The position numbers and the translations under genes were made by a program. The notes under the pieces are model-generated. The model worked only from the letters and a program-made list of their open reading frames with translations, was not told where the DNA came from and did not search any database. From positions 128,588,001-128,652,000 of the forward strand of contig OX597814.1 in NCBI GenBank assembly GCA_951406725.2: a DNA stretch of 64,000 nucleotides. Direction: 5' to 3'. Shown piece by piece: positions 14,053 through 27,868 of the stretch (position 1 is its first letter; the number at the start of each line of letters is the position of its first letter). The DNA comes from Octopus vulgaris. Lineage: Eukaryota.

Positions 14053-15710
14053 TACATATATGCATACATACGTACATATAGATTGATAGATAGCTTCAGC
14101 TTCACACATATCTCATGTGTGTGTGTGTGTACGCGCGCAGATAATACGTATGATGTGTGTGTATACATATGTATGTATATGTTTGCATCTCTTTTGTTTT
14201 TATCATTTCCGTATGAATTTTTTGAAGTTTGCTAGATACAGTACATCCATCATCATCGTTTCTAGTCCTTCATAAACGGATCTTCAGAATGCTATGAACA
14301 TCATTTACTTCACGCTAAGTAAATCAAAATAGTCAATTCTGCGGTTACTAACGTAAAAAAATAAGACCAAAGAAAAATAAGACCAAAGAAAAAAATAAGA
14401 CCAAAGAAAAAAAAAAGAACAACGAAGAAAAAAAGGATTAAATTAGGAATTCCATTGTAAAAGTCAAACCAGATTTACCTTTAACACTTTATAGACTGGC
14501 GTTTTGTGGTAATAGAGGAAATAATTCACAAATATTATCAAGTTTTGCGGAGTTTTATCGTATGAAAGTATTCATTTGAGCGCAAGTTGCACTATTGAAT
14601 ATGTTTTATTGTTACTCTCAATTTTATGTTGAATAAAGCGCTCACATTATGTGTCGTTCAATTCCACAATTTATTCAACATTAACATTGTTCTGTGATGC
14701 TGGTCTTATTGTAAACGAAAGCAGACCACATTCATGGCAAATTGAAGAAGTTGGGGCTTCTCATAAATTATGTCAACAGAGGTTTACGAAACTTTCTCTG
14801 GATGTACTTGTTGTGAAGCGTAGAATTGAAACCTTACAGCTTTAGTAACTAGGAGCAGACTATACTTAGGCCAGGTGACGTACCTTAAATATCAACTAGT
14901 CGGCTTGCAGAGATATTACCCCATATTATAGAATGTTCTATCTTTTTCCAGAGGTTTCCACGAAAATAGAGGTTATGTAAGCAACAACGCGGGCAAGTAC
15001 AGCAAAAGACAGGCACCGAGGCGGTTGAGGCGCGTAGACACAGACAACAAGTCCTTAAGAGAACAAAGTTCTTTGGTTTCAGTTCAACCCTAGGTTAAAG
15101 CAATCGTCGGCAGAGTATTTTTCCCGCCTCTCACGCGAAGTCATTCATTTCTGTTATTAATGTAACTATTCTTTACTTCTGGCACACATACTTTATTAGA
15201 CACCTGTTCAAATAGTTTAATTTGCACGTGCAATAAGTTACTGAATGGGTGAGAGGGTAGGGACTTGTTTTTCTAAAATGAAGTTGTTAATGGTTCAGTA
15301 AATACATACAACCCTGATCGGCGGGTAACATTCCTACATTTTTTATACACTTGACGTATTCGCACGGTGTCAGTGTCGTTTACATGACTGAATACTTGTG
15401 CATAGAAGGAAAAACTCATCAACGCCTTCGAAATAGCAAGTTACTATGTAACTATGTAAATATTGTGGTATGTTCCTTTAAAAATAAATATTAATCAAAC
15501 AACACTGGAGTTCGTTTTAATATAGGACAGCCTGAAAAGCATACAGATATCTCAATACATATTAAATTTTTGTTCAGATACACTTTATGATAATGCTATT
15601 TGTGTCTTGAAAATACATTGCATAAAACCCATTAATGAAGTTTTGAAAGTTATCGCCTGGTAGCCCCGTGGCAGCTTGTCAGAAAGTCTTTAGAAGAGTA
15701 TTTGCAAGCT

Positions 15711-15878
15711 CAGTAGCTTAGCCAGGAAGAACCCAGTAGCTTAGCTAGGAACCCAGTAGATTTGCTGGGGCGGTACTTTTAGATCTGCTGTATAAACTTG
15801 TACAGACGTTGGGGGCCCGGGGCGTGAGTAGCAAACTCAAGGACTATCCCAAGCGGCACACACACTAGCTACACCACT
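15711..15878. mobile_element. hAT-type MITE with a reiterated left end
   Basis: The CAGTAGCTTAGC end occurs twice, plus a partial third copy. The right end is CTAGCTACACCACT. It shares gcaaactcaag with 13036-13210. Confidence 0.55.
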
Positions 15879-16195
15879 CTTTTACTCTTTTACTGGTTTC
15901 AGTCATTTGACTGCGGCCATGCTGGAGCACCACCTTTAGTCGTGCAAATCGACCCCAGGACTTATTCTTTGTAAGCCTAGTACTTATTCTATCGGTCTCT
16001 TTTGCCGAACTGGTAAGTTACGGGGACGTAAACACACCAGCATCGGTTGTCAAGCGATACTGGGGGGGGGAACAAACAGACACACAAACATATACACGCA
16101 CATACATATATCTGTATACATATATACGACGGGCTTCCTTCAGTTTCCGTCTACCAAATCCACTCACAAGGCTTTGGTCGGCCCGAGCCTATAGT
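15879..16195 (-). mobile_element. SINE family A lacking its tRNA head
   Basis: Reverse complement of the family A body and tail. Confidence 0.85.
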
Positions 16196-16475
16196 AGTAA
16201 ATAGGTGCCAAAACTCCAGATTGATTCGGTCCCTGGTGACATTCATTCTCCACACATACCTGCTTTTACAGCTTCATATTCAAACTGGAACGATCGAAGA
16301 AGACATCGTATGGCAACAAGAATATATATTTATGTGTAGAAATTAGCGCGAATGTTGAATTTCTGATGAAGACCTGCATATGTCATATACGCAGTTTCAT
16401 CTGAATATTCCTTTTCTTGTCTTGTTTGAACACCTGTGTTAATGTATTGTTTGAACATCTATATTAATGCAATGA

Positions 16476-16762
16476 AGGCGCGTGGCTTAGTGGTTAGGGG
16501 CACTCGGCTCATGATCGTAAGGTCGTGAGTTCAATTCCCGGCGGTGCGTTGTGTCCACTCCACTCAGCTGGCAAAAATGAGTAGTACCTGTATTTCAAAG
16601 GGCCACCCTTGTCACACTCTGTGTCACGCTGAATCTCCCCGAGAACTCCGTTAAGGGTACACGTATTCGTAGAGTGCTTAGCCACTTACACTTACACGAG
16701 CAAGCTGTTCCGTTGCTCGTATCAGCTGGGACCCTCGTCGTCGCAACCGACGGAGTGCTCCA
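16476..16762 (+). mobile_element. tRNA-derived SINE (family C-type head, different tail)
   Basis: A box TGGCTTAGTGG and B box GAGTTCAATTC. A related copy lies on the - strand at 48025-48326. Confidence 0.75.
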
Positions 16763-16951
16763 AGATATATTAATACAGCAATAAATTTTGTTCAGAAACA
16801 TAAAGCAGCCTTACATTCTTGCTACATGCTGATATGATATTCCCACATGGCTGCCGACCTACCGTAAGCAATTTTTCATAAGTTTGTGCAAGTAATCTGT
16901 GATAATTTGGGTGATTTCAATATTTTATTATTAGTAACAATTATTATACCT

Positions 16952-17181
16952 ATTTCTTTACTACCCACAAGGGGCTAAACACAGAAAGGACAAACAAGGA
17001 CAGACAAACGGATTAAGTCGATTACATGGACCCCAGTGCGTAACTGGTACTTATTTAATCGATCCCGAAAGGATAAAAGGCAAAGTCGACCTCGGCGGAA
17101 TTTGAACTCAGAACGTAGCGGCAGACGAAATACGGCTACGCATTTCGCCCGGCGTGCTAACGTTTCTGCAAGCTCGCCGCC
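16952..17181 (-). mobile_element. SINE family B, full length with a 21-bp TSD
   Basis: Flanked by the direct repeat ttagtaacaattattatacct (16931-16951 and 17182-17202). Confidence 0.92.
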
Positions 17182-17195
17182 TTAGTAACAATTAT

Positions 17196-17371
17196 TATAC
17201 CTTACGGACTTATTTCATCTGGCTCCATAGTCTATGGCGCTCCGTCCCATTCTTAAAACTTCTCGTCTTATGCGGCCGTTCTCTTAAAACGGCCGCATAA
17301 GACGTAGAACAATTTTTAGATAGATTAAAAATATTTTAAAAAGTGCGTCTTATACGCCTGTAAATACAATA
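17196..17371. mobile_element. pogo/Tigger-like MITE remnant with an internal hairpin
   Basis: Right end gtgcgtcttatacgcctgtaaatacaata. Internal inverted repeat cgtcttatgcggccgtt/aacggccgcataagacg at 17264-17304. Confidence 0.45.
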
Positions 17372-18900
17372 CTCGTTTGCATTACATTGTGAGCTTTAAA
17401 AACATGCCGTATTCCGTAGAGAATGTCTGACAGGCGGTTGGTTCGTGTATGAAAACACGCATGAAAAACCAAAATTTTACCAACCAGACAAAAGCCATCT
17501 CGTAAAGGCTACTCAGCCTTTTAAGCGGTCAAACATCAACATCAAAGTCTTCTTTCTAGTATTGACATGAATCGATATTTTCTAAATATCGTGGTTGAAT
17601 ATTTCATTTTGGCTTTTTGTATTTCCTTGTGCAAACATGACTGTTTCAACAATCATTGCTTTTACCAGCTATTTCCTATTTTTGCTATTCTGGCTTACAT
17701 TCACTCCAATCGTGGGGCTTCTTTATGAATCGAGAAGTATTTGTATTTCTCACTAACAAAGAGATTTCATGTAGTTGAGCCACTGTTTATAAGCTTCATG
17801 GCAATGGAAAATGGGTGAGTGTCAGTGAGATAATTCGTTCAACAACCACAATAGCTTTAAAATCACGTGGTTTCTCTATTCAGTTCATGGCGAGCTTTTC
17901 TTGTTGACGCTCGCCACTCATTTCCGTCGTTATTGTTCACGGCAACCAGCACTTACTTGAACGAGAGAGTTTTAAATTATTCTCATCGTTTTTCTCCTAG
18001 GACCTTAGTGCTTTTGTGGTTGCGTAATCCTGTGCCACTTCTACTGAAGCGTCACATATGTGCGAGGAAAATAAATCCTTTAGTTAATGTGGGGCTCTTC
18101 CAAGTGAACCCCCATTTCATTCATGTTTGCTCTTCTGACGTTAAAGAAAGTACGGTGTCTGTAAAACATTTAGCACCAGCATAAACTACTAAGAACGAGA
18201 CTCAAACACTATCTCGGTAAATATAGACAGAGATGACAACTTGACTACATAAAGCACCGGCGCTGGCTTCAAAGATGGTTTGCAATTGTAGCGTTTCCAA
18301 CAACTCCTGTTCTGAAGTGATATGAACGTTTCTAGTGTTATCTTAATCGTTTAAATTTGTGAATTGAAAACATTACCAGAAGAGGAATAATGTTATGAAA
18401 ATGATTTACTGTGAGCTACGAATAATTATAAATTACTTATTATTACAAGCGCGAAGGAATTCATAATGAGCTAACCGAAACAGTGGACTAAATTAATGAT
18501 TCTATTAAAACGGAAGAACAGATTCGCCTTTAGCACTTTATGGACTAACGTTACACTTTCTTGATAATAGAAGAAATCAGCTACGAAGATTAAGCTTGGC
18601 TGAGTTTCGTCGTACGCACGTAGGTATTTGTAGTTATTTGCTTGATATATATGCAATCGCATGTTATATTACTGTTACAATTTCATGCTGAATAAAGCTT
18701 TCAGATTAGATGTTATTCAATTTCGCAACAGTGGTGTTGGCAAGAATTGATGCCTCTTTATTGCTGATAACACTAATGTGACTAGTGTGCATATTAACCC
18801 CTGAACATAGATTTTTTTTTTACCGAATTAGTTTATACATATCCATCAGGTATTTGTTTTTATTTAGGAATATTGCATACTGTAGGTGTATTTATTTTAG

Positions 18901-19549
18901 GGATCTTTTCCTTTTGAAGGCCAGATTTCAACACAATTTCTAGTTAACTAAGCACTTTAAAACTTCGTATACTGGTAGAATGTGTCAAAAGAAAACATTA
19001 TTTTCACTTGGCTTTCTTGATAAATTTGTAATTCGTTTGTTTAACGTAGTTAATTTTTCGAATTTTAACCAATCCTATGCTCTCTTTTTGAGCTGAAATC
19101 ATTTGCTGCGTCTAAAAACTGAGACAACATCCTGTAACTAACCCTCCCCCTCCCCCTAACCCTAATTTTTTTTTCTTAATTGTTAAATTAATTTAATTGT
19201 TACGCGTGTAAAAAAAACTAAAGCAATGGAAAATAATTTACACGCGTAACAATTAAATTAATTTAACAATTAAGAAAAAAAAATTAGGGTTAGGGGGAGG
19301 GGGAGGGTTAGTTACAGGATATTGTCTCAGTTTTTAGACGCAGCAAATGATTTCAGCTCAAAAAGAGAGCATAGGATTGGTTAAAATTCGAAAAATTAAA
19401 CTACGTTAAACAAACGAATTACAAATTTATCAAGAAAGCCAAGTGAAAATAATGTTTTCTTTTGACACATTCTACCAGTATACGAAGTTTTAAAGTGTTT
19501 AGTTAACTAGAAATTGTGTTGAAATCTGGCCTTCAAAAGGAAAAGATCC
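18901..19549. mobile_element. Fold-back Merlin-type MITE (~310-bp near-perfect arms)
   Basis: GGATCTTTTC...GAAAAGATCC termini with an 8-bp TSD tattttag (18893-18900 and 19550-19557). The arms are near-perfect reverse complements around a short spacer at ~19211-19238. Confidence 0.88.
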
Positions 19550-19689
19550 TATTTTAGAATTGTGCTGTTTTATTAGTATTGCGTCCATCATTAATAATCT
19601 AATTTTGTGGGGAATTTTGTATAGTATATATATGTTGTTTACTAAGGTTTTCCTACCTATTGTGTGTGTGTGTGTTGCGTAGTGCAGTG

Positions 19690-19915
19690 GAGGCACATTG
19701 GACTCATGATTGCAAGATTCTGGTTTCGATTCTTGGACTGGGCAACGCGTTGTGTTCTTGAGTAAAGTTCTTCATTTCACGTTACTCTAGCCCACACAGC
19801 TGGCAAAAATTAATCATCCTGTGATGGACCGGTTTCTTGTCTAGGTGAGGTAATATATACGCCATGAAACCGGGAAACCGACCCTTATGAGTCGGCATGA
19901 CTCGAAAAGGTAACT
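19690..19915 (+). mobile_element. tRNA-derived SINE, family C-related
   Basis: ggtttcgattc B box, gtgatggacc..gtctaggtg, and gaaaccgggaaaccg shared with 55310-55540 and 55747-56030. Confidence 0.7.
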
Positions 19916-20099
19916 TTACCTTTTTGTGTAGTGCCTTGCAATTTTTCCTTGTAAGTGCATAGTAAACTAGTAAGAAAGTTGGGTACTTGAATGGCTAACA
20001 TAACAGTTAAAGTCGTGAAGTTTACAACTTTCATGTTTGCAATTGAATTTATAAATAACACTGGTCATAATCAGCTTGTTCATAGGTTTAAAATGCTTT

Positions 20100-20470
20100 T
20101 GGTTTGTTATTAGTTAAGAAAGTGTTATATAAAGTATTTTCGAGCATATTATAGTGTTACTTCAAAGTTTGAGTACATGTACTTTGTGTTCTGTTTTATG
20201 AGGTTCCTGATATTGTTCAACAATTTTATAGTTAGTAGGCATTTGATTAATATCATACGCATTATGTTTGGTTTATGTATTTTACTGAATTTAATGTACT
20301 TACTCGCTGTGTTGTGCCTGTATTGTGCTATGGCTAGCTTATTTGGTTTGTTAGAACAGCTGCTGTTTATTCTATGAATTTCATTATCTAGTCACTAGAT
20401 TCTAGTGTTTCGTTTGAGGAGAATATTCATGCATTATAAGTAGGAATTTTACCAAAGGCATTTTGTATCT
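20100..20470 (-). pseudogene. Highly decayed Penelope-like reverse transcriptase fragment
   Basis: Minus-strand translation near 20230-20290 gives KIHKPNIMR.I and, after a frameshift, PTNYKI. This resembles the PLE RT motif PKIHK...RPI...PTY. Confidence 0.4.
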
Positions 20471-20584
20471 ACGTGGACATTCGCAGTCTCAAGTATATGC
20501 ATTCATTTGCGTCTTTAGAGCAGACATATGTGCGCGTGTGTGTGTGTGTGTATGTGTGTGTATATTTCTATTTGCATACCTCTG

Positions 20585-20662
<78 letters not shown>

Positions 20663-20675
20663 CGCCCGTCCGTCC

Positions 20676-20743
<68 letters not shown>

Positions 20744-21236
20744 GCCTGCCTGTCTGCCTGCCTTGCCTACTCGTCTGTGTTATTTTATATTTGAATTTGC
20801 ATGTTTACAAGTCATTGTTTTCTTAGAAGTAATATTTGTATTTTCCTCAGTTATTTCCATGGTGTCCATTACGAGTATATTGCCTACATGATCGATGTAT
20901 ATCGTATCTTGATTTCTCAGTCCATCTCTACTACTGTTAACACGGAAGATGCGAATGATGGTCTTCCGGGAGATATCATGGCTACTGCATCTTTTTGCTT
21001 ATACATTTTACCAGACAAGAAAAGGATACTGCTGTTGCACAAAACAAATAATTTCTTCAGTATGTTAGCTAGTATCGTGGATGGATTTATTATTGGGTGT
21101 TTATATACATGATTTTATAAGAATACTATTGTTCTGCAACGGGAAGAATAGTGTATAGACTTTCTTCGTTTTAAGTGTAGATAATGTCTCTGGCAATTTC
21201 TTCTAAGAACTCTGCAGATAACTATAGACTGTATCA

Positions 21237-21655
21237 GGATCTTTTCGGTTTGAACGGCAGTTTTTAACATAATTTCCACGTAACTAAACACTTTTAAACT
21301 TCGTATACTGGTAGAATGTGTTTATTAAACATCTTTTTCTCTTGGCTTTATTGAGAAAATTCTATAGTTTGTAAGATATTTGCTGTTGTTTTTCTTCAAT
21401 TTCTGCAATTTCAACCAATCAATGACGTCTATTGAGGTGAAAACATTCTGTGCCGTATGAATATGTCCCTCGTTTAAGAAACAGATTGGATTTATTTACA
21501 TTTGTGAAGAAAAAAAGATACCCTTCCCCCCACCCCTAACTCTAACTCTAACCTTAAAACAGATTGAAATGCAATAGATCGATACTAGGGTCATAATTAT
21601 GGGTGACAATTTCATATGACACCGCTAGAAAAAAACTGCCGTTCAAACCGAAAAG
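21237..21655 (+). mobile_element. Merlin-type MITE (~420 bp, CCCTAA-containing family)
   Basis: TIR GGATCTTTTCGGTTTGAACGGCAGTTTTT. The right terminus has lost a few bases and is followed by a partial TSD (gtatca). Confidence 0.85.
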
Positions 21656-22360
21656 TATCACTCTAGTATGTAACATTTGATAATGTTATCCAATCGTTCA
21701 TCGATCTTTTTTGTGTTGGTGTATTTATTTGAGTAATAAAGGGTGGGGAGGGGTTGTTTTATTATGTATTTTTACTGATCTGTAGATGTGCTAGGGTGAA
21801 TTATTCCCCTTGTGCGTTTATCGCTGTAATTTTCCAGGTTCGGGCACTTTTCCAAGTCGTTGTAGATGTCGGTGAACTGTTGAATAGCTTGAATTTAGCT
21901 TTTAGCATAAACCTTCAACTGTAACAGCACTATTTTGATCAAGTTCTAAGAAAAGCAGGTTAAACTGAACAGGATAACCTATTTGTGAAGAATCTGTTAT
22001 ACTGAAATCATTCTTCTTAAATCTTTCAAGCTATCGCTCGCTGGTGCTTTCGTTCAAGCAATCCTCTCCATAAACATCATGAACGTTTCAGATTGCTTCA
22101 ACCGCATTTTAGCCTTTTCTGGACTCAAAGAGATATATGGTTTAAATACAATTTGGATAAATCGATCTTTATGAGGGTCAAGGTAGTAACTAAATTGACA
22201 AATTCAAATTTTAAACGCAAATTGATAACAGTTGATAATTGCACAAAGTCATGGCAGTGTGTACTGTTGTCAGTCAGGGGTTTTAAAATAACAAAGTTAT
22301 CTAATTTACACTTATCAAATTTCAGATATGACTTAAAGGATGACTTGATACGTGCGTACG

Positions 22361-22428
<68 letters not shown>

Positions 22429-22462
22429 GACACACACACACATACAGACACACACACGCACA

Positions 22463-22496
<34 letters not shown>

Positions 22497-22835
22497 AGGT
22501 TTATACCTGTAATTAGTGGAGCCCTGGGATATGTAACACACTGCACTAAATACCAATCTTGAGAAATTAGGCTTCTCAAAACCGGAAAGGAGGAAACTAA
22601 TTCGAAGACTACAGATCCAATCCATCACTGGAACTGTAAAAATGTGTAAAACTTTCTAGAAGTTTATCATTTAAATCTATATGAACATCTCTAGATATGC
22701 AACTATACGCATGAGAATACATACATAAAGCAAAACATGCAAATCTGCACGCATGCATACATGCATGCATGCATACATACATACATACATACATACATAC
22801 ATACATACATACATACATACATACATACATACATA

Positions 22836-25181
22836 CGTGGTGGTTGTCTACTCCTTATGCAGAGTTTCACCACTTCCTGTACCTACACCTTAGCACCATC
22901 ATGGCATCCGATGTGGCTTTTTAAACCAGACAATGTTCTGAAAAGACACCCACGTAGATTGCACATCCGATTTGGACCATCAAGACCTGCAGATAAGCTC
23001 TGCTCTTTGTGGATCTTAGAATGTCTTTTGAGGCCTCCGTTGGATTTACAAACCATCTGGCATATATTGTATTCAAAGGTGTGCATAGACATATAGGCAG
23101 AATAGTTGGTGCAAGTTCGTTCTCCATGCGTTCGCAGATGAGATTTGAGCTCAGCAAAAGACAGGCATGGCCTGTCACAGACTATGCACTCAAAAAGGTC
23201 ATTGTCATTTACCTTCTCGATCGTTACATTCTTCCTTAGATCTCTTTTGAGTCTTACATACGTTATCATGGCCTCTTCAAATGCTTTTACTCCACTCCAC
23301 ACCTTTGTTTGCCATTCCAAGCGAGGGTTTCTGTATCTTCTGGTACCATTCCAAGTGACTTCATAGTAGTCCTTATACCGCCCTTAAACCTTTTTTAGGT
23401 TTACACCGATAGCGTCTCCCCTCTGCATGCTCACCATAAAACAGCTGTTTCGGTATGCGTTCAACCGCCATTCGAACAATATGGCCACACCATCTCAATT
23501 GGTTCCTCAAAATCATAGCTTTAACTGAGGTGATGCCTGCAGATGCAAGGACATCTCTATTTGGAATAAAAGCATTCCATTTAATTTTTAAAATGCGATG
23601 AAGGCATTTTTGGTGGAATTGTTCTAATAATTTAAAATGCCTTTTACAACAAGTCCAAGTTTCAAAGGAATACAACAGGGATGGTAAGGCAAATGAGAGC
23701 CAGCTTTATATTATTTATATGTCGCTGACACCAAACGCGTGACTCCAAACTACCAAATGCTTTTGATGCCCTTTGAATTCGCAGCTGTATTTCTGTATCA
23801 AGATTTTCATCATTTTGAACAGAGCTTCCAAGGTAGACGAACGAATCGACAACCTCAACTTTCCTTAAGAAAAATTTTAAGGGGGGTTACAAACAGCACC
23901 ACACGCAGGTTGATACATTACAACTGTTCTTTTCAAGTTGATAGTCAAGCCAAAATCATCACAAGCCGAGTCAAATGCAGATACAAGAGATTGCAGACCT
24001 GTTTCAGAATGACTGACAAGATTGCAATCGTTAGTGTACAAAAGTTCCCTATGAGTGAAGTAAAAACCTTCGTTTTGAATTTCAGTCTGATCTGATTAAA
24101 AGCATTCCCTGTTGCTCGATATTTTATGTAAATACCCTCCTCAGAGTTTTGAAAAGCATGTGACAAAACAACATCAAAGCATATTGCAAAGAGGGTGGGT
24201 GCATCAAGGTCTCCCTGCTTCACTCCATTTTCAACAGCAAAAAAATTCAGAGAGCCTACCACCAAAATTAACTCTAGCTTTCATATCTTGATGCAAAGCC
24301 CTGATCACGTTTACAAATTTTTCTGGGCAACCTATTTTCCTTAGAATTAGCCACAGAGCATTTCGATTAACAGTATCAAATGTTTTACTTAAATCAACAA
24401 AGCAATGGTATAGAGCAAGATTCTGTTCAATGCACTTTTCTTGTAAAGATACAATCAGCTGTGTCCCTGGAGGAACGAAAACCACACTGAAACAAATACA
24501 CTATATTTGGAACTATATAGGTATTTAAACGTCCTAACAAAATGCGGGCAAGTATCATCCCAATCACAGACAAAAGCGAAATCTCACGAAAATTACCACA
24601 CAGATCCTTTGGCCCCGATTTATACAAGGAGACTAAAATGGCATCATTCCAGTCTTGAGGCACTTTCTCAATTCTCCAACAGTGACAAATTAATATATTT
24701 ATATATTTAAGAGTTCAAACATTTTGTCACCTCCATATTTCAAGACTTCTGCACAGAAACATCCGACCCTGGAGACTTATTGTTATTCAGCTTATTCACA
24801 GCTAAATAAATGTCATTTAGAGTTGGTTCAAATGCTATCTCTTCTATAACTGGAAGGTGTTCAGTTTTTTTCCATCGTCCTCATGTCAACGAATGATAGT
24901 CTATTCAAAATTGCAGGAAAATGTTCTACCCAGCGCTTATGAATAGAAGTGATGTCATTCAGAAGAAAACGTCCATTTGCGGTTCTCACCGAAACTATTG
25001 AAGATTTTTGCTCATATAGGCGCAGGAGTGGCTGTGTGGTAAGTAGCTTGCTAACCAACCACATGGTTCCGGGTTCAGTCCCACTGCGTGGCACCTTGGG
25101 CAAGTGTCTTCTGCTATAGCCCCGGGCCGACCAATGCCTTGTGAGTGGATTTGGTAGACGGAAACTGAAAGAAGCCTGTCG

Positions 25182-25264
<83 letters not shown>

Positions 25265-26415
25265 TTGTGTGTCTGTGTTTGTCCCCCTAGTATTGCTTGA
25301 CAACCGATGCTGGTGTGTTTACGTCCCCGTCACTTAGCGGTTCGGCAAAAGAGACCGATAGAATAAGTACTGGGCTTACAAAGAATAAGTCCCGGGGTCG
25401 ATTTGCCCGACTAAAGGCGGTGCTCCAGCATGGCCGCAGTCAAATGACAGAAACAAGTAAAAGAGTAAAGAGAGAAAAGAGAATACCTCCTTAACATAAG
25501 AGTACAAACCCTTGGCATCTTTTCTATCAGCTGCTTCTTGTGCCCCTTTTGCTCTATCATTTACCATTCCTGTTTAATTTTTCTTAGAGCAGTTTGCACT
25601 TTCCTTTTCAGCTTCCTGTAAGCTTCGTTTGAGTTGGGGTTCAAGGAATGAGAAAGAAGTGTATTGCCTAAGTTTTGTTTTCTAAAAGTAGATCATGAAT
25701 TTCTGCTGATCTAACGGAGAACCAGTCACTGGACTTACGTGATTTAAATCCCACTGACGAACTTGCAGCCTGAAATACTTTTGTTTTGAAATCTTCCCAT
25801 AGATTGTTTGGGTCAAGATTGATACTTTCTCTAGCATCGTGGAATCTTTGCAAGTTGCTTGATAATTTAAAGTTTGCAACATTTAACTTTTTGGGTACCT
25901 TAGAATCAGACTGTCGATTTTTAGAAATTATAAAAAAATCTATTTTTCCACGCACTAGATGATGGTCAGTCCAGCTCTCTGTTCCTCTCATGGCCCGAAC
26001 GCTAGAAACGTCTTTCATATCACGTTTTTTGATCAGAATTTAATCTATGAGATGCCAGTGCTTAGATCTTAGGTGCATCCAGGTGGTTTTATATTTATTT
26101 TTCTGCTTAAACAGTGTTGGTGACAATCAGATTATTCTCAGTACAAAACGTGAAAAGAGCTACTCCATTTTTATTGCATTTTCCAATCCCAAGTCGACCT
26201 ATAACAGGCTATGAAACATAGTCCTTTCCAGTTCTTGCATTGAAATCTCCCAATATGGCCAGCTTGTCAGAAATTGGTACTTACCTCAATAATTGTGCTA
26301 GATCATCATAAAACCGTCCTACAGTTTCATCAAAATGGGACATTGTTGGTGCATAAATACCGACAACGGTAAGAAACCTACATTTTGTCAGTTTAATACG
26401 GCATGACATGAAGCT
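22836..26415 (-). mobile_element. RTE-clade LINE, 5'-truncated and decayed (APE + RT + three C2H2 fingers), interrupted by a SINE
   Basis: APE motifs (IYAPT, GDFNA, IDY, TDH) at ~25950-26400. RT motifs (PQDWNDA, NFREISLLS, FVDLSKTFDTV, GVKQG, YADD decayed to YTND, QLRWCGHIVRM...PKQLFYGE). Zinc fingers in ORF 22883-23320. The 3' end abuts a (TGTA)n tail. Many stops and frameshifts. Confidence 0.92.
25019..25481 (+). mobile_element. SINE family A, full length, inserted into the RTE LINE
   Basis: Splits the LINE ORF at KEVY|EQKSS. A and B boxes intact, with an internal (TA)n(TG)n tract. Confidence 0.92.
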
Positions 26416-26629
26416 TCAGCCAGCAATTTTAATTAGTGGCATACGATGGCCAACAGAGGTAATTTAAATACATACACACACATACACATATACATGCACA
26501 TATACATGGACATATATAAGATATATACTAATACATATGCATATACATACATACATACGTACGTACATACATACATACATACATACATACATACATACAT
26601 ACATACATACATACATACATACATACATA

Positions 26630-26790
26630 GGCGCAGGAGTGCCTGTGTGTTAAGTAACTTGCTTACCGACCACACGGTTCCAGGTTCAGTCCCACTGTAT
26701 GGCACATTGGGCAAGTGTCTTCTACTATAGCCTTGGGCTGACCAAAGCCTTGTGAGTGGATTTGGTAGACGAAAACTGAAAGAAGCCCAT

Positions 26791-26831
<41 letters not shown>

Positions 26832-27093
26832 ATGTATGTGTGTGTGTGTGTGTGTATGTATGTGTGTGTGTGTATATGTATGTGTGTGTGTGTGTGTGTT
26901 TGTGCATCTGTATCTGTCCCCCAACATCGCTTGATAACCGATGCTGGTGTGTTTACGTTCCCATAACTTAGCGGTTCGGCAAAAGAGACCGGTAGAGTAA
27001 GTACTAGGCTTACGAAGAATAAGTCCTGGGGTCGATTTGCTCGACTAAAGGCGGTACCCCAGCATGACCGCAGTCAATGAGTGAAACAAGTAA
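26630..27093 (+). mobile_element. SINE family A, full length
   Basis: Colinear with 25019-25481. Confidence 0.9.
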
Positions 27094-27328
27094 TATATAT
27101 ATATATATATATATATTGTCAAACACATGAATCAGGTCGGTAAAAATATGTAGAAACTACACGTGGAAATGTAAGGGGAAAGTAAGAAGAAAAATAAGCG
27201 AAAATGCACATTGGAAATAAAAAAAAAGGTAAAAGCTTTTTATGAAAAGTAACGATAGATATATACAATTAGATGAAGTGAGGTAGGAATAAAAGTAATA
27301 AAAGTCATTGTTGTGAATTGTTAAAGAG

Positions 27329-27376
27329 ATTCAAAGGCATACCGGTTTCGTGAATTTAATAATCATCGCTTTGAAT
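27329..27376 (-). ncRNA. Degenerate minimal hammerhead motif
   Basis: Minus strand UUCAAAG-CGAUGA...GAAACCGGUA-UGCCUUUGAA. It has a palindromic stem III (ACCGGU) and a stem I (UUCAAAG/CUUUGAA), but the CUGAUGA box and stem II are damaged. Confidence 0.35.
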
Positions 27377-27817
27377 GCACACCGATTAATGAACGGTGTC
27401 ATATATGTATATATATATATATATATGTGTATATATATATGTGGATCAAAACCATACATATAACTCTTGATTCATACATTTAACTCCCAATAAATGTGTT
27501 GAATGCCTTTCTTTCGTTTGTCCACCCACACATGCGCGCGTGCGCACACACACATATACACATGTACATACATACACATACCCATATACATATATAAGAT
27601 ATACACTAATACATAAGTATGCATATAATTCACACGCACAAACATACACGCACGCACACACGTATATATATTTGTATATAGGTATAGAAATTGTGGTGAT
27701 ATTTGATCGGTAGCTGATGAGGGACCGAATATTCTTGTGTCTGTTGTGTTTTCCTGTTATTCTGTCTGCCCCTTTGTAGACCCCTGTGCTATATTTCAAC
27801 ACACACTCACACACGCA

Positions 27818-27868
<51 letters not shown>

